NCBI GenBank assembly: GCA_003599175.1
Contig: QZIY01000024.1
Coordinates: 1 to 54,069, forward strand
DNA length: 54,069 nt
Source: Candidatus Parcubacteria bacterium
GTDB lineage: Bacteria > Patescibacteriota > Minisyncoccia > Phycocordibacterales > UBA2100
Direction: 5' to 3'
Shown: positions 1-9,187 of the stretch, in pieces
Position numbering within the stretch: the first letter of the stretch is position 1
How the letters are laid out: each line of letters begins with the position of its first letter
Translations under genes and position numbers: made by a program
The notes under the pieces: generated by a model
What the model was told of the DNA's origin: nothing
The model's database searches: none
Seen by the model: only the letters and a program-made list of their open reading frames with translations

Positions 1-67
1 ATCATACTCGGCTGAGTCCCTTCGGATTTCATCCGAACAACCGTACGTCACCTCACCACTACCAAAT

Positions 68-90
68 ACTCCGGACTTTCAGTCCGGAGT
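68..90. other. perfect hairpin (10-bp stem, 3-nt loop), possibly the terminator of a gene outside the window
   Basis: ACTCCGGACT-TTC-AGTCCGGAGT read directly. No clear U-tract. Confidence 0.3.
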
Positions 91-143
91 GGTTTACTTA
101 TCGTTACATCAGCGTCACTCATGCTGTGTGCTACCATCTTTCC

Positions 144-398
144 ATGCACAAAGAGAAGCACCCGCTCTTCAATTTTTTCATGCAGGCGGGGCTCTTGGTC
201 TTCACCGCCGGTGGATTCCTTCTCACCGGCATGAAGATGCCGGAGTATGGACTCATTTCCAATCTCGTCGCTGAAGTGTTTTGGCTCTATGCGAGTTATC
301 GCGCGTGGAAGGAGGCCGATCAGTACGGCATCATGATCAACACGGTTATTATCACGATCGTCGTTATATACGGCGTCCTCAACTATTGGGTGCTCTAG
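144..398 (+). CDS. small 3-TM membrane protein, function unknown (paralog of 20159..20410)
   Basis: ORF track 126..398. ATG at 144 aligns with the paralog N-terminus (NFFMQAGLL / NFMQIGLV). A -10-like TACCAT (132-137) lies 6 nt upstream. Confidence 0.5.
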   Translation: MHKEKHPLFNFFMQAGLLVFTAGGFLLTGMKMPEYGLISNLVAEVFWLYASYRAWKEADQYGIMINTVIITIVVIYGVLNYWVL

Positions 399-401
399 AT
401 C

Positions 402-866
402 ATGGGACATCTCAACGAAAAAATAGATTTCACCGTCTGCATTTATATTATTTTTGAGCGCAAAATACTTTTGCATAAACATAAAAAATTGCACATTTGG
501 CTACCACCCGGAGGACACATCGAACTTGATGAGGATCCAAACGAGGCAGCAATCCGGGAAGCAAAAGAAGAGACAGGACTCGACGTTGAGTTGATCGGTG
601 AATCGAGAACGTATCCAGGATCACCCTATGCGTCTCGCGATCTCATTCCGCCCCGGTTTCTCAATAGACATTTTTACGATACTGATGCGACGCATGAGCA
701 TGTGAATCTTGCATACTTTGCTCGTGCCCATTCGGCTGAGGCGCGGCATGAAGTCGAGGGAGGGGAGATCAGGTGGTTTTCAAAAGAGGAATTGGAAGGC
801 GATACGTACGACATTGTGCCCGACGTACGCAATCACGCGCTCATTGCACTTGCCGAAGTGCGGTAG
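402..866 (+). CDS. NUDIX hydrolase
   Basis: Nudix box GGHIELDEDPNEAAIREAKEETGL (GX5EX7REUXEEXGU). Confidence 0.85.
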   Translation: MGHLNEKIDFTVCIYIIFERKILLHKHKKLHIWLPPGGHIELDEDPNEAAIREAKEETGLDVELIGESRTYPGSPYASRDLIPPRFLNRHFYDTDATHEHVNLAYFARAHSAEARHEVEGGEIRWFSKEELEGDTYDIVPDVRNHALIALAEVR

Positions 867-875
867 AATAAACGC

Positions 876-1562
876 ATGAGATACATCGCCGCGTTCATCG
901 CCTCTCTTATTACACTCACGCCTATGCTTGCATCGGCAGATCAAATCGCCGATTTGCAGGCGCAGATTCTGCTGCTTAGTCAGCAGCTTGCGGCAATGCA
1001 ACAGCAGGGGGCTCCCACAGGATGCCCGACGATCACGGCACCCATCGGCCCCGGCTCGAGCGGCCCCAATGTGACGACACTCCAGCAATTCCTCGCACGC
1101 GATCGCAATATCTATCCAGAAGCGCAGATCACGGGCTACTATGGCACGCTCACCACGACCGCCGTGCAGCGTTTCCAGGCGAAGTACAACATCGTAAGCT
1201 CGGGCTCACCCTCGACGACGGGCTACGGAAGAGTCGGCCCCAAGACCATGGATGTCATCAATAGTATGTGCGGCGCCGCATCAAACGATGTGGGTGCATT
1301 CATGCAAGTCTCGCCAACATCGGGCGATACGCCGCTTGAGGTGGTGATTCAGGTCACGGTCAATGCGACCAATAGCTGCGCCGCCGCGACCTACAAACTC
1401 GACTACGGAGACCAATCTCCTGTGCAGACGATCCAGGTCCCCTCGGGTGTGTGTCAGCCACTGCAGCAAACGTATCGCCATACGTACACGAAATCCGCCC
1501 TCTACCAGATCAAGCTCTCCTCCGGCAGTCACTCGAGCCAGGCAGAAGTCGTCGCGCAGTAA
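876..1562 (+). CDS. secreted protein with coiled-coil and peptidoglycan-binding (PG_binding_1-like) domain
   Basis: Signal peptide MRYIAAFIASLITLTPMLASA. Coiled coil IADLQAQILLLSQQL. PG-binding-like GPNVTTLQQFLARD...YYGTLTTTAVQRFQAKYNI. Confidence 0.7.
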   Translation: MRYIAAFIASLITLTPMLASADQIADLQAQILLLSQQLAAMQQQGAPTGCPTITAPIGPGSSGPNVTTLQQFLARDRNIYPEAQITGYYGTLTTTAVQRFQAKYNIVSSGSPSTTGYGRVGPKTMDVINSMCGAASNDVGAFMQVSPTSGDTPLEVVIQVTVNATNSCAAATYKLDYGDQSPVQTIQVPSGVCQPLQQTYRHTYTKSALYQIKLSSGSHSSQAEVVAQ

Positions 1563-3740
1563 TTATTCTTGATGCAATTCTTGCGAAGCGTTTGCAACAC
1601 GTTCGTGGAGTGTTTTGTGACGTGAGAGCATTGGATCGTTCGCAACGAGCTCTTGTGCCTCGGTGCGCGCTGCACTGATGAGCCGCGGATTTTTGAGGGC
1701 TTCCATGCCGAGATCGGAGATGCCCCACTGCTGCTTTCCATACAAATCGCCCGGGCCGCGCGTCTCGAGGTCGACTTCGGCGAGCTTGAAGCCGTCGTCG
1801 GATTTCTCAAGTGCTTTGAGTCGTCGCATCGAGATCTCGCCACGTGATTCGGGCAAGAGATAGCAATACGGCGCATGTGATGAGCGCTGTACGCGACCGC
1901 GCAGCTGATGGAGCTGTGCGAGACCAAATCGCTCCGCACCTTCTATGAGAATCACCGTGGCATTCGGCACATTGACGCCGACTTCGACGACCGACGTCGC
2001 GACGAGTATATGAATCTCGCCCGCGCTAAATTTTTTCATCACCGCATCTTTTTCTCCCGGCTTCATTGCGCCATGCAAGAGCCCGATCTCAAATTCTGGA
2101 AACACCTCTTTCTTGAGTCGCGTCGCTTCCACTTTCGCGCTCTTTGCCATGACCGCATTAATCTTCGTGGGATCTGGTTCGTCGATGCGCGGACAGATCA
2201 CGTATGCCTGCCTGCCTTTCTCCAGTTGCTTGCGCACAGCTTCGTAGCACTCTGCGCGCCCTTCGGGGGCAATGATCTTCGTCGTGATCTGCGCGCGGCC
2301 CACGGGCTTTTCATCGAGTACGGAAATATCCAGGTCGCCGTAGATCGTGAGCGCGAGCGTGCGCGGAATCGGCGTTGCGGTCATCGAGAGAAAGTGCGGC
2401 GCAATGCTCTCGGATTCTTTCTTTGCGAGTTTTGCGCGCTGCTTCGTACCGAAACGGTGTTGCTCATCGACGATCGCGTATGCAAGGTGCTGAAACTTCA
2501 CAGACTTCTGGATGAGTGCGTGCGTGCCCACGACCATCGCGATCTCGCCATTTGCCACCCACTTCAAGAGTTGCGAGCGCGAAATGTCGGTCGGCTTATC
2601 TTTGTGAAGCTTCGAAGGAAATTTTTTGCATCCGCTCCCTGTCATGAGCGCAATATTGATGGGGAGATGCTTGAAATATGAAATGAAACTTTCGAAATGC
2701 TGCTGCGCAAGGATTTCTGTCGGCGCCATGTATGCCACCTGCAGCGTGCCGCTCTTCCGATCTGGCGGCCGCGAATTCACGACCGCATAGCTCGTCGCGG
2801 CGGCGACCAAGGTCTTGCCGCTCCCCACATCACCTTCGAGGAGGCGCGCCATCGGATGCGGTTTGCCGAAGTCGGCGATGATCTCGGCTATCGCGCGACG
2901 TTGCGCATTGGTCGCACTATATTCCTGTGCGGCAATGAACGAGTCGGCAAGCGCTGTAGCACCATCGATTGCAAACGCACGTTCACGGTCATTCTCTGAT
3001 CGTTCAAGGAAGCGAGAGATCTGGAGCACGAACATTTCTTCAAACGAAAATCGCTTGCGCGCCGTGTCCGCATGCGACTGTTTCTCGGGTGTATGGATCC
3101 ATACGAGCGCCGACGAAATATCGGGCAGATTGAGTTTTGCGCGTGTGTCTTCCGGAATCGGATCTTCAATGTGTTTGTGAATGCCGGTTTCAAACACTTT
3201 GCGAAGCGTGTGGTAAAACCATCGCGACGTGATGCCACGGCTTTCCGGATACACGGGAAAAAGATTCGGCATTTCATTCTCAAGCACAACATCATCTTTT
3301 TGTGCGGCAAATAATCCTTGTGCTGCTTCGGTAGACGAAATTTTTTCGACTTCGGGATTTGAAATGTAGGGCTTGTCGCTTTTTCCCCCGACGGTGCCGG
3401 TGAGTCGCACGCTCGTACCAGATGGCACGTAGGAAGCCATGTACGGCTGGTTGAACCACATGACTTTCACACGGCCCGATGCATCTTCAAACCACCCTTC
3501 GGTGATGTTGCGTCGACTCTTCCACAATTTTTTTGCTTTAAGGCCAGAGAGCGATCCGTAGAGCGTCACCTTGGTGCCGGGGACGAGCTGGCCCGATACC
3601 GAATCCTCTCCTGCTTGTTCGTAGCGTGTCGGAAAATGATAGAGCAAATCGCCGATCGTGGTGATACCGAGTCGCTTGAGCGCCGCTTTTTGCGGCGGAA
3701 TAAGACGAAAGTGTTTCTCGATTTGATCGTCTTGGTGCAT
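1563..3740 (-). CDS. recG: ATP-dependent DNA helicase RecG
   Basis: Wedge/OB N-terminus, Walker A GDVGSGKT, DEQHRFG, helicase C motifs (QLHQLRGRVQRS). ORF track extends to 3794, but ATG 3740 sits 6 nt after a -10-like TATACT. Confidence 0.9.
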   Translation of the reverse strand: MHQDDQIEKHFRLIPPQKAALKRLGITTIGDLLYHFPTRYEQAGEDSVSGQLVPGTKVTLYGSLSGLKAKKLWKSRRNITEGWFEDASGRVKVMWFNQPYMASYVPSGTSVRLTGTVGGKSDKPYISNPEVEKISSTEAAQGLFAAQKDDVVLENEMPNLFPVYPESRGITSRWFYHTLRKVFETGIHKHIEDPIPEDTRAKLNLPDISSALVWIHTPEKQSHADTARKRFSFEEMFVLQISRFLERSENDRERAFAIDGATALADSFIAAQEYSATNAQRRAIAEIIADFGKPHPMARLLEGDVGSGKTLVAAATSYAVVNSRPPDRKSGTLQVAYMAPTEILAQQHFESFISYFKHLPINIALMTGSGCKKFPSKLHKDKPTDISRSQLLKWVANGEIAMVVGTHALIQKSVKFQHLAYAIVDEQHRFGTKQRAKLAKKESESIAPHFLSMTATPIPRTLALTIYGDLDISVLDEKPVGRAQITTKIIAPEGRAECYEAVRKQLEKGRQAYVICPRIDEPDPTKINAVMAKSAKVEATRLKKEVFPEFEIGLLHGAMKPGEKDAVMKKFSAGEIHILVATSVVEVGVNVPNATVILIEGAERFGLAQLHQLRGRVQRSSHAPYCYLLPESRGEISMRRLKALEKSDDGFKLAEVDLETRGPGDLYGKQQWGISDLGMEALKNPRLISAARTEAQELVANDPMLSRHKTLHERVANASQELHQE

Positions 3741-3810
3741 AGCGAGAGTATATCCACACGTCTGTGGATTTACTATCTTGCACGAGAAACGCATATAGGT
3801 AATATAGCCA

Positions 3811-4002
3811 ATGTTAGAAATAAAAAATGCACGGTGTATGGCTCATGATGAGAACGAAGATGAGATGATAGATGAGGAAGGACTTCCTGAAGCCGAAGAA
3901 GACGATGAGGATTTGGAAGATGAAGATGATGATGATGAAATGGACATGTTTGGAGACGATGGGGTGGAAGACACCGGAAATCGAGATAGGGATTGGATGT
4001 AG
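3811..4002 (+). CDS. small highly acidic protein (hypothetical)
   Basis: 63-aa ORF rich in D/E (EEDDEDLEDEDDDDEMD). TAATAT lies 5 nt upstream of the ATG. No homology recognised. Confidence 0.3.
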   Translation: MLEIKNARCMAHDENEDEMIDEEGLPEAEEDDEDLEDEDDDDEMDMFGDDGVEDTGNRDRDWM

Positions 4003-4015
4003 CAATAGGGGTGTG

Positions 4016-4193
4016 AACAGCGCGGCAGGCGCAAAAATTTTGTTCTGCGGGACTCGCAGTGTCCTATAGTGTCCAGAGGCGCGACAGGCACCACTGCGAA
4101 CAAAAGGCATCGCGTCGGAAATACTCACCTGCGCCTCTGCGGAGTAAGCTGAAGAAAGTCCTCGAAAAAAATTTTTGCGCCTGCCGCGCTGTT
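4016..4193. repeat. 178-nt element closed by 26-bp perfect inverted termini (MITE-like element or rod-shaped structured RNA)
   Basis: AACAGCGCGGCAGGCGCAAAAATTTT (4016-4041) is the exact reverse complement of 4168-4193. Inner stems: CAGAGGCGC/GCGCCTCTG and GGACT/AGTCC. Confidence 0.55.
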
Positions 4194-4231
4194 CTGGTGG
4201 TGAGGTTGAGGGAGAATGGTAAGATAGATCA

Positions 4232-4585
4232 ATGCACATGCTGCTGAAATTCCTTGGTACGGCCGCGGTCGTGTTCCTCACGATCAACATCGTGAGCGGG
4301 ATTTCGGTAGAAGGCGGATGGGTGACCATCCTACTCGTCGCGCTCGTATGGTCGGGCGTATCACTCGTGATTAAGCCGATCATCCACATACTCGCGCTCC
4401 CGATCACCATCCTCACCTTTGGCCTCTTTGCTCTCATCATCAACGCCTTTCTATTCTGGCTCGTCTCGGTCATCGTGCCGGGCTTCACCGTCGGCGGCCC
4501 CGTCGCGGCCTTGCTTGGCTCGATCGTACTCTCGATCCTCACCTGGCTTATCCACTCTGTCATCAAACCTGCACACGGCGTATAG
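4232..4585 (+). CDS. DUF360 / phage-holin-4_2 family membrane protein
   Basis: 117 aa, 4 TM. Family-like pattern VIKPIIHILALPITILTFGLFALIINAFLFWL. Extended -10 TGgTAAGAT lies 6 nt before the ATG. Confidence 0.65.
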   Translation: MHMLLKFLGTAAVVFLTINIVSGISVEGGWVTILLVALVWSGVSLVIKPIIHILALPITILTFGLFALIINAFLFWLVSVIVPGFTVGGPVAALLGSIVLSILTWLIHSVIKPAHGV

Positions 4586-4603
4586 AAGTGCTAGACTCGG
4601 TTT

Positions 4604-5452
4604 ATGATCGAGCAATTCTGTTACCTCAATGGAAAAATCCTTCCCGTCTCCGAGGCGAAGGTGGGAGTGAATGACATCGGCCTTCTGCGCGGCTTCGGCA
4701 TCTACGAGGCGATGCGCACGTTCAACCGCGTGCCGTTTATGTTTGCCGATCACATGACGCGCTTTCATACATCGACCGATGCTCTGAAGCTCACGATTCC
4801 CGAGAGCGATGAAGAAATCCATAGAATTATCGCGCAGCTCGTCGACAAAAATATTCCGGAAGGGAAGGATGCGGTGATCCGTTTCATCTTGACCGGTGGG
4901 GAAGCGATCGGCGGTATCGAATACAATCCTAAGCACCCGACGTTCTACATCCTTGTCGAAGAGCTCAAGCCACTCCCGCCTGAAGTGTTTGAACAAGGAT
5001 GCACGCTTCTTGTGCACGAACATCAGCGCGTCTTCCCCGGATACAAAACGACCAACTACATCACTGCCGTCCTCTTGCAGGAGGAGCGCAAGAAGGCGGG
5101 CGCGCTCGAAATTTTGTACACGTACAAGGGTAAGGTATTGGAGCCCGCGACGAGCAATCTCTTTATCGTAAAGAACGGCAAGATCGCAACGGCAAAAGAC
5201 GACATTCTCGCAGGCATCACGCGCAAAGTATCGATCGATTTGGCAAGAAAGGAATTTCAAGTGGATGAGCGAGACGTATCGGTGGATGAAATGTACGCGG
5301 CCGATGAGGCGTTTCTCACGTCGAGCTTCAAAGACATCGTGCCGGTCGTCGAAATCGACGGCAAAAAAATCGGCGCGGGTGTCCCAGGGCCGGTGACGAA
5401 GCGTGTCATGCAGCTTTTCCACGAGTTCACCGTCAATTACGGTCAAACATAG
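4604..5452 (+). CDS. class IV aminotransferase (branched-chain or D-amino-acid aminotransferase)
   Basis: Fold-type IV motifs: GLLRGFGIYEAMR, GYKTTNY, ATSNLFIVKNGKI..P....LAGITR. Confidence 0.85.
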   Translation: MIEQFCYLNGKILPVSEAKVGVNDIGLLRGFGIYEAMRTFNRVPFMFADHMTRFHTSTDALKLTIPESDEEIHRIIAQLVDKNIPEGKDAVIRFILTGGEAIGGIEYNPKHPTFYILVEELKPLPPEVFEQGCTLLVHEHQRVFPGYKTTNYITAVLLQEERKKAGALEILYTYKGKVLEPATSNLFIVKNGKIATAKDDILAGITRKVSIDLARKEFQVDERDVSVDEMYAADEAFLTSSFKDIVPVVEIDGKKIGAGVPGPVTKRVMQLFHEFTVNYGQT

Positions 5453-5465
5453 TTGAGTTGTCACA

Positions 5466-6098
5466 ATGGCGAAACTTATTTTAGTGCGTCACGCGAAGTC
5501 GGCGTGGAATGCGGAGGGTAAATGGACGGGCTGGGCCGACCCTTCGCTTAGCTCGGATGGCCGAGATCAGGCCAAGGAGACTGCCAAGCAGCTCCATGGA
5601 CTCGACATCCACAAAGCCTACTCGTCTGTTTTGAGGCGCGCGCATGAGACACTCGACATCATTCTTGAGCACATTGGCCTTTCGCACATCGATAAGGTGC
5701 AGCATGCAGCACTCAATGAGCGCGACTACGGCGAGTTCACCGGAAAAAATAAGTGGGAGGTTAAACAAGAGGTGGGAGATGAGCGATTCCAGCGCATCAG
5801 GCGTGGGTGGGACGAGCCGATCCCCGGCGGTGAGACGCTGAAGAATGTGCACGATCGTGTGGTGCCGTACTACAAAAAGACGATTCATCCGGATCTGCTC
5901 GCGGGATTCAATGTGGCCATCGTCGCGCACGGCAATTCGCTGCGTGCACTCGTCAAACATTTGGAAAGTATTTCAGAAGAAGAGATTGCCGATCTCGAGA
6001 TCGGCGTTGGCGAGGCGCATGTGTACGAGATGGATGCGAAAGGAAAGATCATTGGCAAGGAAATCCGCGCCGAAAATGTGCAGAAAGGGAAAATCTAA
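5466..6098 (+). CDS. gpmA: 2,3-bisphosphoglycerate-dependent phosphoglycerate mutase (histidine phosphatase family)
   Basis: LVRHAKSAWN (RHG-type motif), RRAHETL, AHGNSLRAL. Confidence 0.8.
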   Translation: MAKLILVRHAKSAWNAEGKWTGWADPSLSSDGRDQAKETAKQLHGLDIHKAYSSVLRRAHETLDIILEHIGLSHIDKVQHAALNERDYGEFTGKNKWEVKQEVGDERFQRIRRGWDEPIPGGETLKNVHDRVVPYYKKTIHPDLLAGFNVAIVAHGNSLRALVKHLESISEEEIADLEIGVGEAHVYEMDAKGKIIGKEIRAENVQKGKI

Positions 6099-6237
6099 AG
6101 GGAGAAAGGCCTGCCTGCCGGCGGGCAGGGGCAAAAGTGATATCCACAGGGGGTGCTTGAACGCAAAGGGGAGATGCGGGAAGATACGTCTTACGTGGAA
6201 GCCGCATTATAAGGTTTATCAGTTAGCTAGTACTCCT

Positions 6238-7170
6238 ATGTTTTCTAAAAAGCTCTTAGCAGGAGCAGCTGTTGCAGCTGTTGTCTTGCCGGCGCTCGCG
6301 TTTGCAGAAACAAACACGACCGCCACGGATAGAGAGAGTCAGATACGAGCACTTGTGGAGCAAATACAGACGCTCCAGAAGCAACTCACGGCTCTCATCG
6401 CTTCGTCCGGTTCCTTTAAGCCTGTGGGCTTAGAGGGTGTCGGACTCACGAGCGGTCAGATATCCGCCGTCAATTCTTCATCGATCACGGTGGAGAACCG
6501 GCAAGCTAGTAAATCGGTGGTAGTGAACTACACTGCGTCGACGACCATCGAAGTCTTTAAGGCAAGTTCGACTCCTCAGTGGCAGTCGGGCACGACCGCT
6601 GATCTCGTCGTCGGGCGAGGGGTCGTGGTGCAAGGTTCAAGAGTTGAAGGCAGTGAAAATACTGTCAATGCATCGCGCATCAAGGTAGGTATTGCGCTTG
6701 CCATGAACGACAGAATAAAGAGCGTGCCGCCGGGCCAAGTAGGCAAGGCACTCTGCATTGCGCTCAATCGCAATCTTGGTCCCGGATCCCGCGGCGAGGA
6801 TGTGAAAAAGCTGCAGGAAATGCTACGGGAAGACAAGTCACTCGGCTTCACCTCCGATGCGACGGGCATCTTTGGCCCTCTTACCGCGAAAGCGATGATG
6901 ATGTATCAGCGCAAAAACGGCATCAATCCTGCCGACGATGGCTCTGTCGGGCCACTCACGCGCGGCGTCTTGATGCGCAATTGTGGCAGGGGCCTCGACA
7001 ATAGCGGCTCCGGCTCATGGAATAGCGGCAAGAGTAAGCCGGGCGATGACGACGTCTGCAATGGCGTCAACGCTCCGTGCGATGATGATTCATCGGACGA
7101 CGATGAAGATGAAGATGAAGACGAGAACGATGATGCCGATGATACGGCATCATCAACACCGAGCACATAA
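6238..7170 (+). CDS. secreted protein with coiled-coil, C-terminal PG-binding domain and poly-acidic tail
   Basis: Start taken at MFSKKLLAGAAVAAVVLPALAFA (signal peptide); the upstream part of ORF 5845.. overlaps gpmA. PG-binding GSRGEDVKKLQEML...GPLTAKAMMMYQRKNGI. Tail DDDSSDDDEDEDEDENDDADD. Confidence 0.7.
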   Translation: MFSKKLLAGAAVAAVVLPALAFAETNTTATDRESQIRALVEQIQTLQKQLTALIASSGSFKPVGLEGVGLTSGQISAVNSSSITVENRQASKSVVVNYTASTTIEVFKASSTPQWQSGTTADLVVGRGVVVQGSRVEGSENTVNASRIKVGIALAMNDRIKSVPPGQVGKALCIALNRNLGPGSRGEDVKKLQEMLREDKSLGFTSDATGIFGPLTAKAMMMYQRKNGINPADDGSVGPLTRGVLMRNCGRGLDNSGSGSWNSGKSKPGDDDVCNGVNAPCDDDSSDDDEDEDEDENDDADDTASSTPST

Positions 7171-7199
7171 AGCGCTCGGGTGCGTCTCAATCGCAAAAA

Positions 7200-7226
7200 C
7201 CGTCTGCCCAAGGCAGACGGTTTTTG
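7200..7226 (+). terminator. rho-independent terminator
   Basis: CCGTCTGCC-caa-GGCAGACGG followed by TTTTTGT. Confidence 0.7.
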
Positions 7227-7250
7227 TATTTGACGTGGTACAATGGAGAC

Positions 7251-8246
7251 GTGCTTGAATCGTTTATATCTGGACCGCGAGCATTATTTAAAAAAGGCGG
7301 CCAGAGCTCATTCCTCTTATCAGTCGAAGCAAAAATTGGATTTCAGCGCATGATCGAAATTTGTGATTGCTCCGCTCGCACACTTCGCGACTGGAAGCGA
7401 GAAAAATTCCCGATGCCTCTCGCGTGTGCGACGTCGCTTGGCAAACAGGCGAAAGTACCACTACCTAGAAATTTTCTGACTCGCGAACGGTATGCGCACA
7501 CAAAGAAAGCAGGTCTCCAAGGCGCTCAGGCAGTTATGAAAAAATATGGCCGCATGCAAGTAGATGAGACGAAGCGAAAGCAGCGCTGGCACGCCTGGTG
7601 GCAACAAGAGGGTAGATTCAACAAGCATACGATAGCAACAGCGCGAGCGATCCATACGCCGGATAACGGCGAAATGTTGGCAGAATTTATCGGTATTGTC
7701 ATGGGCGATGGTGGTATCAGTGATTACCAGGTTACGATCAGTCTGCATCACGTTACCGATCTTCCATACATCGGATTCGTTACTCGGCTTATTCGCAAGC
7801 TATTCAAAGTGCGAGCGAGCGTGTATCACCATGAGAGTCGTTCGGTCAAAGACATTGTTGTATCGAGGAAAGCGCTCGTGGATTTTCTGCACTCGCGGGG
7901 CTTGCCGATTGGCAACAAAGTGCGTCAGCAGTTTGATATTCCTGAATGGATAAAAAAGAATCCAAAATACGCAAGAGCGTGCGTTCGTGGACTTGTCGAT
8001 ACAGACGGATCAGTTTTCACACACTCGTATCGTGTGAAGGGGAAGCGGTATAACTATAAAAAACTCTCTTTTTGTAGCCGTTCCCGTCCACTTCAGTTGA
8101 GTGTCGCGAAAATTCTTGCAGACTCAGGCCTTCATCCACGAGTGACTCTGTACGATGTGTGGCTCGATCGGAAGACGGATGTAAAGCGGTATTTTGAAGT
8201 TATTGGATCGCATAACCCAAAACATTTGAAGAGATACCGCAACTAG
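7251..8246 (+). CDS. free-standing LAGLIDADG-family endonuclease-like protein (copy 1)
   Basis: Two LAGLIDADG motifs: LAEFIGIVMGDGG and ACVRGLVDTDGS. The GTG 7251 start aligns with the ATG of paralog 29715..30710. TGgTACAAT lies 6 nt upstream. Confidence 0.8.
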   Translation: MLESFISGPRALFKKGGQSSFLLSVEAKIGFQRMIEICDCSARTLRDWKREKFPMPLACATSLGKQAKVPLPRNFLTRERYAHTKKAGLQGAQAVMKKYGRMQVDETKRKQRWHAWWQQEGRFNKHTIATARAIHTPDNGEMLAEFIGIVMGDGGISDYQVTISLHHVTDLPYIGFVTRLIRKLFKVRASVYHHESRSVKDIVVSRKALVDFLHSRGLPIGNKVRQQFDIPEWIKKNPKYARACVRGLVDTDGSVFTHSYRVKGKRYNYKKLSFCSRSRPLQLSVAKILADSGLHPRVTLYDVWLDRKTDVKRYFEVIGSHNPKHLKRYRN

Positions 8247-8264
8247 AGTACGATGCATCGCACG

Positions 8265-8353
8265 GGAGAGGTGGCTGAGCGGTCGAAGGCGATGGATTGC
8301 TAATCCATTATACGGGTAAAACCGTATCGAGGGTTCGAATCCCTCCCTCTCCG
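8265..8353 (+). tRNA. tRNA-Ser (anticodon GCT), long variable arm, no encoded CCA
   Basis: Acceptor GGAGAGG/CCTCTCC. Anticodon stem ATGGA/TCCAT with loop TTGCTAA. Variable arm TATACGGGTAAAACCGTAT. T-arm GAGGGTTCGAATCCCTC. Confidence 0.9.
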
Positions 8354-8434
8354 CAGGAACGTGAGGCGGTGTTACGCGACCGTTCCGCATTGAAAAATAT
8401 GGGTATTGTGCAATCGCGTCCACTCCGTCAAAAA

Positions 8435-8458
8435 GCAGCACGGCGCAGGGATTCGAAC
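8435..8458 (-). other. tRNA 3'-end-like fragment (T-loop plus acceptor-like tail only)
   Basis: Minus strand reads GTTCGAATCCCTGCGCCGTGCTGC. It shares the 12-mer AGGGATTCGAAC with tRNA-Ser at 29608..29696 in the same orientation. No matching 5' half is present. Confidence 0.35.
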
Positions 8459-9187
8459 TTATAGAGTCTCGCATGCAGCGAATAGTTGCTTTGCGTACTC
8501 ATCTCCCGCGACTTTGATCCATGAGCGATTAATGCGAAATACCCACCATGTCAGCAGTATCGCGTTAATTGCTAAGCACGCCCAAGCGACGACCATTTCG
8601 TACTCGCTTTTCGGAAATGCGGCGAGAGAAGTCGCACACGCTACTAATCCAATCAGAGCAAGCACTATGCCTGCTGGCTTCATGCCCCATAGATTTCTAC
8701 GAAAACCGTAACTCACGTTCTCTTTAAAAAGCAGTGCATACTTTGTTATGTCTCGAGTCTTTTCTCGCATAAAATTCGTGCATGATCGATAGATGTCTCT
8801 CGCCGCTTTCGGATCTTTTGCCTCTTGCTCAGCTGTTGGAAATACAATGTCCGGCAATAAACCTCGCAGTTTGTTTTTGTACCGTTCAACCGTTGGGCGA
8901 TCTAATGCTGATTGATAGGACAGGGTAAAGTCAGTCGGCATGCCACCCCAACTTTCGTACAATTCCGGTTCTTTTTTCTTGCCAAGGTCACGTCCTATTT
9001 CAGAAAAAAGGAGCGTCAGTAGGCTTTGTACCGAGAGCGTGCCGAACAGCCCGACGAGTGCTGAAACTATAGACGTGAGTGGAAAGAAGGCGAAGAATGC
9101 CAATCCGATCGGCAGCAGTACGATGAACACAGGCACTAACCGAGCGCGAAATGTGTAAGTATCGATATGCATGTTAGTTTTCGACAC
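8459..9187 (-). CDS. membrane protein, function unknown (partner of the MBL-fold gene)
   Basis: Two N-terminal and two C-terminal TM segments. GTG at 9187 overlaps the MBL gene by 14 nt. An alternative ATG at 9172 lies 1 nt after the MBL stop. Confidence 0.5.
   Translation of the reverse strand: MSKTNMHIDTYTFRARLVPVFIVLLPIGLAFFAFFPLTSIVSALVGLFGTLSVQSLLTLLFSEIGRDLGKKKEPELYESWGGMPTDFTLSYQSALDRPTVERYKNKLRGLLPDIVFPTAEQEAKDPKAARDIYRSCTNFMREKTRDITKYALLFKENVSYGFRRNLWGMKPAGIVLALIGLVACATSLAAFPKSEYEMVVAWACLAINAILLTWWVFRINRSWIKVAGDEYAKQLFAACETL

Noticed and set aside
3814-4566. 250-aa minus-strand ORF spanning the acidic ORF, the inverted-repeat element and the holin-family gene
   Set aside because: It crosses a 26-bp perfect inverted-repeat element and overlaps a convincing DUF360 membrane protein. 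Its sequence is low-complexity S/T/P-rich.
4451-5464. 337-aa ORF on the minus strand
   Set aside because: It lies antisense to the class IV aminotransferase, which has clear family motifs. Its composition is R/D/E/H-rich with no recognisable domain, which is typical of a shadow ORF.
5845-6237. N-terminal 131 codons of ORF 5845..7170
   Set aside because: This part overlaps gpmA in another frame and is Arg/Cys-rich. A proper signal peptide starts at the ATG at 6238, so the CDS was trimmed.
8124-8474. 116-aa minus-strand ORF
   Set aside because: It runs straight through tRNA-Ser (8265-8353) and the 3' end of the LAGLIDADG gene. It is an artefact.
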